Shown here piece by piece: positions 10,046-18,633 of a stretch of DNA of 64,000 nucleotides (within the stretch, counting starts at the first letter, position 1; each line of letters opens with the position of its first letter). The stretch lies in the NCBI GenBank assembly GCA_963662665.2, contig CAXXJS010000021.1, forward strand, positions 77,087-141,086, given 5' to 3'. The notes under the pieces are model-generated. The model searched no databases. It worked only from the letters and a program-made list of their open reading frames with translations, and had not been told where the DNA came from. The stretch comes from Candidatus Latescibacterota bacterium. Its GTDB lineage: Bacteria > Latescibacterota > UBA2968 > GCA-2709665. The translations under genes were made by a program, and so were the position numbers.

Positions 10046-11470
10046 TCAGGAGGAGGCGAAAACGCCTCCCCAACCACCCTTGAAGGTGACGTCCAGCACC
10101 GTTTTTGCCCGATGTGTAACGGCCGTAGACTGGGCAGTACGCAAACCGACCACCCAGAGGATGGCCTGGCCGCCCAGGAGCAGCGGAATCTCGTCACGCA
10201 ACGGTCTCGGAATTTTGAGGTTGATAAACAGGTCGCTGACTTTTTGTGTCCCGTTCAGGCCGAGCGGTCGGAAGCGATCCGCCCGGCGCCGATTCCTCAG
10301 GATCAGGCCACCGGGAAGCGCATCGTAGTCGAAACAGGCGCGATATGGATCGGACGATAGTTCATTCCTTCGTACCCGGCCGGCCGGCCGGATTCTCGTT
10401 TCCAGAACCGCGCCGATTTCCGCAATTTCAGTGATGCCCGGAACGGCGACTTCGGACTCGAAAAACGGCGTTGGGCGACTGAAAATCAGCCAGGGGCTCG
10501 AACGATGAACGGAGATGTCGGAAGACATCTGAACCACGCCGGCAGGGGTCAGACGCAACGATTCCATGCGGCTGATGCTCTGCTCATCCAGCGCCCGCGC
10601 ACGGCCCTGAAGCCGGAAAAAAGCCGTTTTGAAGATTCGGCGCTGAAGTGCTATATGATAACCGAAAACGGCTTTTTCATCAAGGATTATTTTTCGCTTG
10701 CCCTCGTAGCGAAGGGCCATTCGGTACGCCGATTCCGCCTGCTCATCCAGCAGTTGATCTTCGCCCTGGATGATCTCCGCGGACCTTGCCAGGGCAGCTT
10801 CGATGGCGGGGTTGTATTCCGACGCGAGCTCCGGCAGGAGACGATGCCGGATCCGGTTCCTGAGAAACCGGATATCGGCGTTTGTGACGTCACGGCGCAC
10901 ATGCAGGTTTCGGTGGTCGACATAGGCTTCGATCTGTTGGCGCGAAACCGTCAGAAGGGGGCGTATCCAGATGCCGTCGCGGATCGGCCTGATTGCGCCG
11001 AGCCCGGTCGGACCGGCGCCGCGAATGAGGCGCATCAATACAGTTTCGGCCTGATCGCTTCGCGTATGGCCCAATGCGATCCGCGAAGCGCCTGCGGTCC
11101 GCATTACGCGCTCAAGAAATGCCAGTCGTGCTTCGCGGGAATCCGATTCAGGAGAACCCGTTCCCGGCAGCGTGGCTCTTTCCGAATAGAACGGGAGACC
11201 CATCGAGGCGGCGAGATCCCTTACGAATCGCTCGTCCATATCGGATGCCCGGCCCCTGAGTTGATGGTTGAGGTGGGCGACGCAGAGCGAGATATCGAGA
11301 GATTCGACAAGCCTGGCCATGATGTCCAGAAGCGATACGGAGTCCGGGCCGCCCGATACGCCGATCACAATTCCGTCGTCCCGATCGATCATATCGTGCC
11401 GGTCGATGTACGATTGTACCGCCGGGAGCAGGTCAGGTGTGTCGGAATTGCGGCTGGTGGACGGTTTCAT
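10046..11470 (-). CDS. tilS: tRNA(Ile)-lysidine synthetase
   Basis: SGGPDS PP-loop, [19 protein letters not shown], TilS C-terminal domain. Confidence 0.96.
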   Translation of the reverse strand: MKPSTSRNSDTPDLLPAVQSYIDRHDMIDRDDGIVIGVSGGPDSVSLLDIMARLVESLDISLCVAHLNHQLRGRASDMDERFVRDLAASMGLPFYSERATLPGTGSPESDSREARLAFLERVMRTAGASRIALGHTRSDQAETVLMRLIRGAGPTGLGAIRPIRDGIWIRPLLTVSRQQIEAYVDHRNLHVRRDVTNADIRFLRNRIRHRLLPELASEYNPAIEAALARSAEIIQGEDQLLDEQAESAYRMALRYEGKRKIILDEKAVFGYHIALQRRIFKTAFFRLQGRARALDEQSISRMESLRLTPAGVVQMSSDISVHRSSPWLIFSRPTPFFESEVAVPGITEIAEIGAVLETRIRPAGRVRRNELSSDPYRACFDYDALPGGLILRNRRRADRFRPLGLNGTQKVSDLFINLKIPRPLRDEIPLLLGGQAILWVVGLRTAQSTAVTHRAKTVLDVTFKGGWGGVFASS

Positions 11471-11670
11471 GGGTAAATTGCCCGTGTTGCGATTCCCTTC
11501 TCTCGCGGCGTACGCCTATCGGGCCTTGTGGTGTTGAAGGCCCTTTCGGACATTAGACGCCGCGGAAATCGGATCGGTTTCTGAAAAACCGTATTCGCGC
11601 AATCGTTTCTGTGGTTCGTTCTTGCGCCATCCATCCCGTCCGAAAGATAGATTCTACACAACATCGCAGC

Positions 11671-11708
11671 AAGAAAAGAAAAAACGCGCTGAAATCAGCG
11701 CGTTTTTT
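11671..11708. terminator. Bidirectional intrinsic terminator closing the redoxin operon
   Basis: AAAAAACGCGCTG-AAAT-CAGCGCGTTTTTT, with a longer T-rich tail on the minus strand. Confidence 0.8.
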
Positions 11709-11730
11709 CGTTCGAATACACCGCATTTAT

Positions 11731-12717
11731 TCAGGGTACGCTTTTACCGAAGTTCCTGGCGAATTCCAGAAAGTCCGGAAAGTCGACCAGGCCGCTCCCG
11801 TCCAGGTCGAAGGCGGGATTGTCGGTGTTGAAAGCCTGGGCGAAGGCGATGAAGTCGCTGAACCCGATTTCGCCGTTATTGTCAAAGTCGGCCCGGGGAT
11901 TGACGGAGACAACAATGGCCGTTCCCGAAATTGCGACCGTGACGCTGCCGTTTTCCGGGTCGTCGCTGGAAATGGTAATGGTGCCGGAGAATGGGCCGCC
12001 CTCCGCGGGCGTGAAGGTGATGTCGACATTCGCACTGTCGCCCGGTGCGACCATAAGCTCCGTCAGGCTGAACGTGACGCCCTCGAGGTCGGACGCCAGA
12101 TCTGTGATGCTGAGGTCGTCTCCGCCTGTATTTTTCACGACGAGGGTAACGGTCCTGGTTTCGCCGGCCGGAACGTCATCCCCGAAGTCGAGCGATGGAG
12201 TGGGGAGGCTGATTGCAGGCGGCGCGACGGTCAGCAATTCCCGGATACTCGTCGCCGCGGCGCCGAGACCCGAAGCGCCGCGCCCGATGTGACGGATGAT
12301 CCCTTCCCGGTCCGCGACCAGCAACGTGTGGGTCCCGTGAGAACCCCTGATATTGCCTGCCTGCAGCAGGAGGGGAAACGTGATCGTGGATACTGACTGA
12401 AAACCCCTGAGCTGAGCCGGACTGCCATTGTAGATGTCAAGTCCCAGGACTGCAAAGCCGTCATCATCCTGGAACGCCTTCCAGATCTGCTGTTCTATGG
12501 ACGGACCCGCCGCCCGGCAGGTGGGTCAGTTATGGCCCAGGTAATATAGAGCCAGAACACTGCCCTCGTAATTCGCAGAGCCATAGGTTTTCCCGTCCAG
12601 CCCAGTAAGTGAGAACGTCGGTACCGCGTCACCGACACTCTGTGCATTCGCGGGTCCGAGGGGGTAAAACGCCAAGGCCAGTAGGAATACGACGCATGCA
12701 ACGATTCGACCCATCAC
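11731..12717 (-). CDS. Probable exported selenoprotein (328 aa): signal peptide + AhpC/TSA/TlpA-like redoxin with UxxC + Ig-like domain + paired EF-hand/dockerin-like tail
   Basis: AAGGAGG RBS; ORF 12526-12717 and ORF 11731-12324 are in one frame, separated only by TGA at 12526-12528; hand translation reads LYYLGHN-U-PTCRAAGPSIEQQIWKAFQDDDGFAVLGLDIYNGSPAQLRGFQSVSTITFPLLLQ. Confidence 0.82.
12505..12522 (-). promoter_or_regulatory. Candidate SECIS-like hairpin just 3' of the UGA
   Basis: ACCUGCC-GGGC-GGCGGGU (7 bp, G-starting loop); the loop is somewhat closer to the UGA than in the usual bacterial SECIS model. Confidence 0.4.
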
Positions 12718-12748
12718 AGTCCTCCTTTGAGAAAATGTGTCGTCTGCG

Positions 12749-14332
12749 TCAGAAATAGGTTTTCAGACGCATCTCAAGGCCATTGAACGGCAACACCAGA
12801 TAGCATGTCCCCGATGTACACGCGGCGCCGCCTCGTCTGCGGCCGGCGAATACGAAGGCTTCGTATCGATCGAGAAATGCGACGTTGAGATTGACCGACA
12901 GCCAGGAACGTGTCCCGGTCTCCACCCGGTCCGGTGTGGCGCCGTCGTCCACTTCAAACGGATCGTTGGTACGATCCAGTATGAGGGCGCAGCCCACGCC
13001 CGAGGGATGCTGGAAGGAAAACTGGGTAAAGACGTCCAAGAACCCCGGCTCGGTTCGAGGCTGCCTGGCCGCGCGCCGGACCTGAAAATCCAGGCCCGCG
13101 ACAGATCCGCAGGGCGTCGTGGATTCGATTCCCGCGCCGGCGATTCTGTGCTTCCGAATCCCCTTCAGTTCGTTTTTTCCCCAATCGACGAACAGGTTGG
13201 TGGAAATCGCGTGGTCCCCGCCATCAGACGGAAGGTCGACCTCCACGCTGAAATACCGCTCGTTGAAGGTCGTTGTGAAGCCGGGCGCGAGTTCGTTCTC
13301 ACCCTTGCTTACATTTGCCGTCAGCGTGCCCAGACCGAATATAGAATAGGTGGCTTCCGCCTGATAGCCCTTTTCCGTATCGGCAATCAGGGCATGGGTG
13401 GCCCGGTTGAGCAGGACGGCCGAGTGTTCGCGGACAAGGGATGGTGGATCGTTGAAACTGAAGGCGAATTTCTCGTAATCCTTGTATTCCAGGCTCAAGC
13501 CCAGGTTGGAAATTCCGGCGTTGGCCGAAATATAGAGAGCGCTGCCGTCCACGTGCACGTCTTTCAGCCCTGCGTATTCGGCGTAGACGGTTGCATAAGC
13601 TTCCGGAAGGCCGGATGCTTCGATTGCGGGCGTGACGTCGAATTCCAGAAAACCCGACCATGTTCGGGTGGAGTCAAACCTGGAGGCGTGATGGTTGACG
13701 GCGGTGACACCGGTCTTCACTTGCTTGTGAGGCCGCAGCGAGACCTCGCCTCCGAGAATCCAGTCGTCACGTCGCGGTACATCACGAAGCGGATTACCCA
13801 CCCGCACCGCAGGCGGAATATCACTAAATACGGGTCGCCCGATCAGGGCCTTTGCCTCGGCCCGAGACCCCGCCCAGGTGGCAATGCCACCCTCCAGGTC
13901 CCGGGAAGGCGAATAACGCCGTCGGTATTGCCCGCTCTCCAGAATAACTCCGGGCAGATCGAAGGCCCTGATCGTGATGCCACGACCCAGGATGGCGTAG
14001 TAGTTGCCCGCAACCAGCTCGACGGATCCCTGCGTCCAGCGCGCGTGTTTCTGGGAGATATGCACGATCTGGTATTCAACCTGTGACAGCGGCGAGCCCG
14101 GAGCCGTGCTGCGCCATGCATTGAAGATTTCCGCCCGGAATCCGGCCTGCAGACCGTGCCGTGTGTAATCGAGGTCGAACTGCTCATAGAGTGACGAAAC
14201 CGCCAGCGAGTCCGAGCCCGGTACGCGTCCCCGCTGGATTTCGGTCAGGCTGGATGCGGTCACCTGAGCCACGGCCGGTTTCGAGGTCGGCAGCAGTAGG
14301 AGCATTGTCAGGCTATTGATCAGCGCTCGCAT
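12749..14332 (-). CDS. DUF6029-like outer-membrane beta-barrel protein
   Basis: Signal peptide (..PAVAQ), AGNYYAILGRG, SLEYKDY, NDPPSLVREH, C-terminal GRRRGGAACTSGTCY..PFNGLEMRLKTYF ending in Phe; family recalled from memory. Confidence 0.7.
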   Translation of the reverse strand: MRALINSLTMLLLLPTSKPAVAQVTASSLTEIQRGRVPGSDSLAVSSLYEQFDLDYTRHGLQAGFRAEIFNAWRSTAPGSPLSQVEYQIVHISQKHARWTQGSVELVAGNYYAILGRGITIRAFDLPGVILESGQYRRRYSPSRDLEGGIATWAGSRAEAKALIGRPVFSDIPPAVRVGNPLRDVPRRDDWILGGEVSLRPHKQVKTGVTAVNHHASRFDSTRTWSGFLEFDVTPAIEASGLPEAYATVYAEYAGLKDVHVDGSALYISANAGISNLGLSLEYKDYEKFAFSFNDPPSLVREHSAVLLNRATHALIADTEKGYQAEATYSIFGLGTLTANVSKGENELAPGFTTTFNERYFSVEVDLPSDGGDHAISTNLFVDWGKNELKGIRKHRIAGAGIESTTPCGSVAGLDFQVRRAARQPRTEPGFLDVFTQFSFQHPSGVGCALILDRTNDPFEVDDGATPDRVETGTRSWLSVNLNVAFLDRYEAFVFAGRRRGGAACTSGTCYLVLPFNGLEMRLKTYF

Positions 14333-14852
14333 CGGCCTTCGCCCCTTCGTCGGCGCCAGCATCCGGAAAAAGCGCCTCAACGGCCGTCAGCAACACTTCG
14401 GCGTTTTTCGAATTGTATCCGACCTGCCTCAGCGCAATCTCACCGTCCGGGGTGATCAGAAGCGTCGTCGGCAGGACGTTTACCTGCATTCGCCGCATCA
14501 CCGCGCTGTCGGAGTCGAGGGCGACGGGGAAATTGACCCGTCGCGCCCTGAGAAAGGGTTTCACCCGGTTCTGCCCACGCGGACCGTCCACGTTGACGCC
14601 AAGAACCGTGAGTCCGGATTTGCCGTATTTCTCGTGAATCTTCTGGAGCTTGGGCATTGCCTTGACGCAAGGTTTGCAGTAGGTCGCCCAGAAATCCAGA
14701 AGCACCGGCCCGTTTTTCAGCAGGGTCTTCAGGTTGACCCGTTCGCCCTGAAGGTTCCGGAGGTTGAAGTCTGGGGCTGAGGCGGCGTTCACAGTTGCGA
14801 CGCCCAGGGTAATCGAGGCTGCAAAAGCCAGCGATTGAAATAGCGATTTCAT
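14313..14852 (-). CDS. Exported TlpA/ResA-like thiol-disulfide reductase
   Basis: Signal peptide, APDFNL, LLDFWATYCKPC, cis-Pro VLPTT. Confidence 0.93.
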   Translation of the reverse strand: MKSLFQSLAFAASITLGVATVNAASAPDFNLRNLQGERVNLKTLLKNGPVLLDFWATYCKPCVKAMPKLQKIHEKYGKSGLTVLGVNVDGPRGQNRVKPFLRARRVNFPVALDSDSAVMRRMQVNVLPTTLLITPDGEIALRQVGYNSKNAEVLLTAVEALFPDAGADEGAKADASADQ

Positions 14853-14973
14853 CGTCGCAATCCTTCCCGTTTTCCGCAGTGGTTTGAAGGTCTTGCAATT
14901 TATCACCGGGAGCAGAAAATAGTTGACGTCTATTGCGCCTGCTACGGCGGAGAGGAACTTGCCCAAACGGGGG

Positions 14974-15043
14974 CGCTGAGCTTGTCGAAGCGCCCCCGTT
15001 CGGGCGCGTTATTTCCTTTGCAGACCCTTCGACAAGCTCAGCG
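14974..15043. repeat. REP-like inverted repeat pair
   Basis: CGCTGAGCTTGTCGAAG (14974-14990) and its perfect reverse complement (15027-15043). Confidence 0.75.
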
Positions 15044-15458
15044 AACGGCTCAGGGTGCCGGGTCAATGTTGTGGACAAAAGGTAGACTATCGGGTACTCC
15101 CCGTGATAACTGAAGGACGCCCGGTGTGACTGTGTGGTTCCAGGCTGGAAAACGCCAGTTGCGAAGTGCTTTGCGCCGCACGGGTGAGAACTGATAAACA
15201 ATAACCGATAATTTCCGTTTCATCAAGGGCTATTTTGCCAACGCCGGCAACGCGATAGGGTAATGAGGCGCATGCATATCGGACAGATGACGTGAAGGCC
15301 GAATCCAGGTCGATCCGTTTCCGCTTGCAGCGCCTCACCGGGCGATCTATATTGGATTTGACATTGTTTCACACACCCTGGCGAGGACGACGAGTTCATT
15401 GAGTCGCTATGGTCGCGTCGGGCCCGCTGTGAACGCCCCGGCAGCGTGACCGTGCGAT

Positions 15459-15624
15459 AGCGTCCTGTCCCAAGAATATCTCACCATTCGGCCGCCGATT
15501 CATCCCGTCTCGCAGCGTTGCCCTCGCTCGCCGACTTTGCCCAAGGTCGTCTGTGCTCAGGCGCCTTGCGAGCCGAGCGACTCGACGGCCGAATTCAGGT
15601 AACTTATTTTCGGGACCGGACACT
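15459..15624. mobile_element. MITE-like palindromic element, family A copy 1
   Basis: About 20 bp imperfect TIRs (AGCGTCCTGTCCCAAGAATA / TATTTTCGGGACCGGACACT); similar along its length to 59309-59472. Confidence 0.75.
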
Positions 15625-15674
15625 GGGCCGTCCGTTTTGCGGAGGGTCGTTGAATTTAAGGGGAAGGGCTCGTT

Positions 15675-16727
15675 ATGGTTAACATCGGCATTATCGGAAT
15701 AGGATTCATGGGGATGACGCACTTTCGTGGCGCACGGAAGGTCAAGGGCGGGAAGGTGACGGCCATCTGCACGCGGGACGAGAGGAAACTGACGGGAGAT
15801 TGGAGAGGAATACATGGGAATTTCGGAGACCCCGGGGGTATCGAGGATCTATCCGGTATACGTACGTACCGGGAGATCGACGATCTGCTGGCCGATCCTG
15901 GAATCGATCTCGTGAATATCTGCCTGCCTTCGGCGATGCACAAAGACGTTACGATAGCGGCGCTGCGTGCGGGGAAGCACGTATTGCTTGAGAAGCCGAT
16001 TGCGCTGAACCCGAAAGACGCGGACAGGATGGTTCAGGAAGCGGCGAATGCGGGGCGTACGCTGATGGTGGCGCATGTGCTGCCGTTTTTTCCTGAATTC
16101 GCCTATGCCCGGAAGGTCGTCGCGGACGGCGAGTACGGAGCGCTGCTGGGCGCCCATTTCAAACGAATCATCTCGCAGCCCGACTGGTCATCGGAATTCA
16201 GTGACGTCGAACGAAGTGGCGGGCCGGGTGTTGACCTGCACATCCACGATACCCATTACATTCTGCTGCTTTGCGGCGTGCCTGACCGCGTTTCGTCCAC
16301 CGGACGGCTCGTGAACGACCGTTACGCGGAATATCTGTGTACGAGCTACAGGTATCTCGATCGGCCGGACATAAGCATAACCTGCGCTTCGGGTGCGATT
16401 TCGCAACCCGGCCGTGCGTTTGCCCACGGTTTCGAAATCTACCTCGAGAAAGCGACGTTGATCTACGAATTCGCCACGCTGGGCGACAAGCCGGTCCTCT
16501 CCACCCCTCTAACGCTGCTCACCGAAGACAAAAAGGTCCGGAAGCCCGGACTGGGTTCCGGGGACCCGGTGGTGGCGTTTTCACGGGAGATTCAGGCCGC
16601 AGTGGATGAAGTGGCGAAAGGGGTCCCCGCCGAGGCGCTTTCCGGAGTTCGGGCGGCGGATGCGCTCCGGCTATGCTTCAAGGAAGTCCAGTCCGTACGT
16701 CGCGGCCGGGCGGTCCGGGTCAAGTAA
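15675..16727 (+). CDS. Gfo/Idh/MocA family oxidoreductase
   Basis: GIIGIGFMG, AGKHVLLEKP, DLHIHD. Confidence 0.93.
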   Translation: MVNIGIIGIGFMGMTHFRGARKVKGGKVTAICTRDERKLTGDWRGIHGNFGDPGGIEDLSGIRTYREIDDLLADPGIDLVNICLPSAMHKDVTIAALRAGKHVLLEKPIALNPKDADRMVQEAANAGRTLMVAHVLPFFPEFAYARKVVADGEYGALLGAHFKRIISQPDWSSEFSDVERSGGPGVDLHIHDTHYILLLCGVPDRVSSTGRLVNDRYAEYLCTSYRYLDRPDISITCASGAISQPGRAFAHGFEIYLEKATLIYEFATLGDKPVLSTPLTLLTEDKKVRKPGLGSGDPVVAFSREIQAAVDEVAKGVPAEALSGVRAADALRLCFKEVQSVRRGRAVRVK

Positions 16728-17027
16728 GGAATAGGCGAGGGTACGGGTGAAATCTCAGGGTCCCGGAAGCCAGTCTGTGTGAAGGCACAGGGTTCGGCCC
16801 TGCACGAAATTGCAGTGTTCCCGCCGTTTGGGGTTAACCTCAATTCGACAAAACCAGCAACTCTGCGCCGCGATTAAACCTTCCGAAGTGGGCCGAAAAG
16901 GTCGTCCAAAAGGAATTTTTTCAGTTCACATCCAGTGACCTGGTGTATCCTGGTAATCCGAAGTCTAATCGCCTTTATCTACTTGCATAAATTCGGTTTT
17001 ACTTCCCCGAAGAATTACGAATCAAGG

Positions 17028-18479
17028 TTAATTACGGAAAGCGAAGTCGATGGGTCTGCCCTGGGCGAACTTCGCCTCGACGTTGCTCAAGCCGAAGAGG
17101 GTGGCCGAAAGGTCCAGCAGGGAGAGGGGTTCGGTTACTCGCAGGCCTGCAGGCATACCGGGCCCCACGAGCAGCGCACGACCGCCCGCAGCATCCAGTA
17201 CAGCCAGGGTCGTACGGTTCCGGTACCGGTGGTGTCGCTGCGCGATCTTCCAGAGCTGTTGGATAGCAATGCGGCAATCCGGGCCGTCGGTGAGTTGCAG
17301 AACCATGAGATCGGGCTTTGCTCTGGGCACGCAAGCGATGGCCAGAGAAGCCAGGAAGCCGCTTTTCAGTTCCAGATTCTTGTCGGACGAAACGAGGGTC
17401 CTGACGATAAGACGCGAGAGGACCTTGTTCTTGACGGTTTTGGTGATTTTCAGCTTTTTCGGATTGAGTGTCGGGAAGACGACGTTCTCGATGAACGCTT
17501 GCGATCTGCCTTCCGACCTGGCTTCGTCCAGTACAAGGCGGATCCGCTCCGCTGCGCCTGACATCGACGAAGCCCGCACGCAGAGTGCGCCGTATTTCTT
17601 GTATTTCCTTAGCGTGCTTCGCGCCGGCGGGGCGTTGTCGTCAATATAGAAAGCCAGCGTACGGGTGCGTGTCCTGTCTTTAAGTGCGCGATTGTGATAT
17701 TCGAAGAGTGTCGGATGTGCGAGCTTGTCGCCCGTCAGCGCGTCGTCGCGTCCCGTCAGCAGGGTGGCCAGCCATTGTCTTGACGGATTGGGGGCGGGCG
17801 CGGTCTGCAACAGAGTACCCTGAGAGAGCAGGCTGTCGTTGAGCGTTGAACCGGATGTTCCGTATTGCCCAGGCATGATTGCAATCGCGAGAAGCGCCGG
17901 CGGGAAGTCCACATCTCTATAGACGAACCGGTTGATCGCAGTTTTGATTCTATCCCTCTGTTCGGGCATTAACTGAATATCGGAACTCTGGCGCCGCCTC
18001 CTGGCGGTGTCGCCGCGTTGCCCGATTCCCCCTCGCTGCCCGGGGCCCAGTTGCTCTCCCGTCCCGCGACGTTGCCGGGGACCAGGTCGCCGTCCGAAGA
18101 TGCCCGCGATCGCCTCGCCGAAAGCCGCGCGCAAATCCCCATCCGAAGATTCCCCTGCTTTCTCGAAAAAGAGTTTGAATCGCTCCTGTTCCTGCGGAAA
18201 GAATCCATCCCAGTCTGTCATCGAAGTCAATATATAAGCCCTGATCGGGAGGGGTAGTCGGCTGAACGTCTCCTCGTTACCCTTGACGAGGTCGTAAGCT
18301 CCGGATGGGAGGTCGGAATACAGGTCGTTTCGAATTGGACTGAGATCGACGCCGCCTCCGCCTCCTCGCCTCCCTCCTCCTCTTCTTTGTGCAAGCGTGT
18401 CCTCACAGGTAAGCAAGAGGACAAGAATGGTTGCTGAAAGCCCCACTGCACCGTGAGAAAATCTGAGGAATTCAGGCAT
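17028..18479 (-). CDS. Exported hypothetical protein with RG-rich segments and a degenerate alkaline-phosphatase-superfamily-like C-terminal half
   Basis: Signal-like N-terminus; HPTLFEY, RYRNRTTL, LLVGPG..LSLLDLSATL..AQGRPI. Confidence 0.6.
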   Translation of the reverse strand: MPEFLRFSHGAVGLSATILVLLLTCEDTLAQRRGGGRRGGGGGVDLSPIRNDLYSDLPSGAYDLVKGNEETFSRLPLPIRAYILTSMTDWDGFFPQEQERFKLFFEKAGESSDGDLRAAFGEAIAGIFGRRPGPRQRRGTGEQLGPGQRGGIGQRGDTARRRRQSSDIQLMPEQRDRIKTAINRFVYRDVDFPPALLAIAIMPGQYGTSGSTLNDSLLSQGTLLQTAPAPNPSRQWLATLLTGRDDALTGDKLAHPTLFEYHNRALKDRTRTRTLAFYIDDNAPPARSTLRKYKKYGALCVRASSMSGAAERIRLVLDEARSEGRSQAFIENVVFPTLNPKKLKITKTVKNKVLSRLIVRTLVSSDKNLELKSGFLASLAIACVPRAKPDLMVLQLTDGPDCRIAIQQLWKIAQRHHRYRNRTTLAVLDAAGGRALLVGPGMPAGLRVTEPLSLLDLSATLFGLSNVEAKFAQGRPIDFAFRN

Positions 18480-18633
18480 TTTTCGCCTCCTCGCGCGAAG
18501 GTCATCGCCTGGTATCTGGTGCGGTCTCTGAATCGCGGCCGATTTCGCGAGCCGTGTACAATCGGTACCGTCACTTTCGTCGTCCGGCCCGCCGGCGTGA
18601 TGACCGGTGCGTAAAACCAGGCAGGACGGTCGT

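Noticed and set aside
12526-12528. TGA reassigned genome-wide (Trp or Gly) as the explanation for read-through
   Set aside because: Many conserved genes here (nadA, ruvB, metG, valS, PBP1A) end at TGA at their expected C-termini, and this codon aligns with Cys.
12737-14086. 449-aa plus-strand ORF antisense to the barrel, and similar long antisense ORFs (8676-9827, 10505-11476, 38995-39972, 54454-55425)
   Set aside because: No recognisable motifs; these are typical shadow ORFs of GC-rich coding sequence.
15060-15458. Possible ncRNA or small ORF in the long divergent intergenic region
   Set aside because: Only weak hairpins and promoter-like hexamers; no riboswitch consensus or credible ORF recognised.
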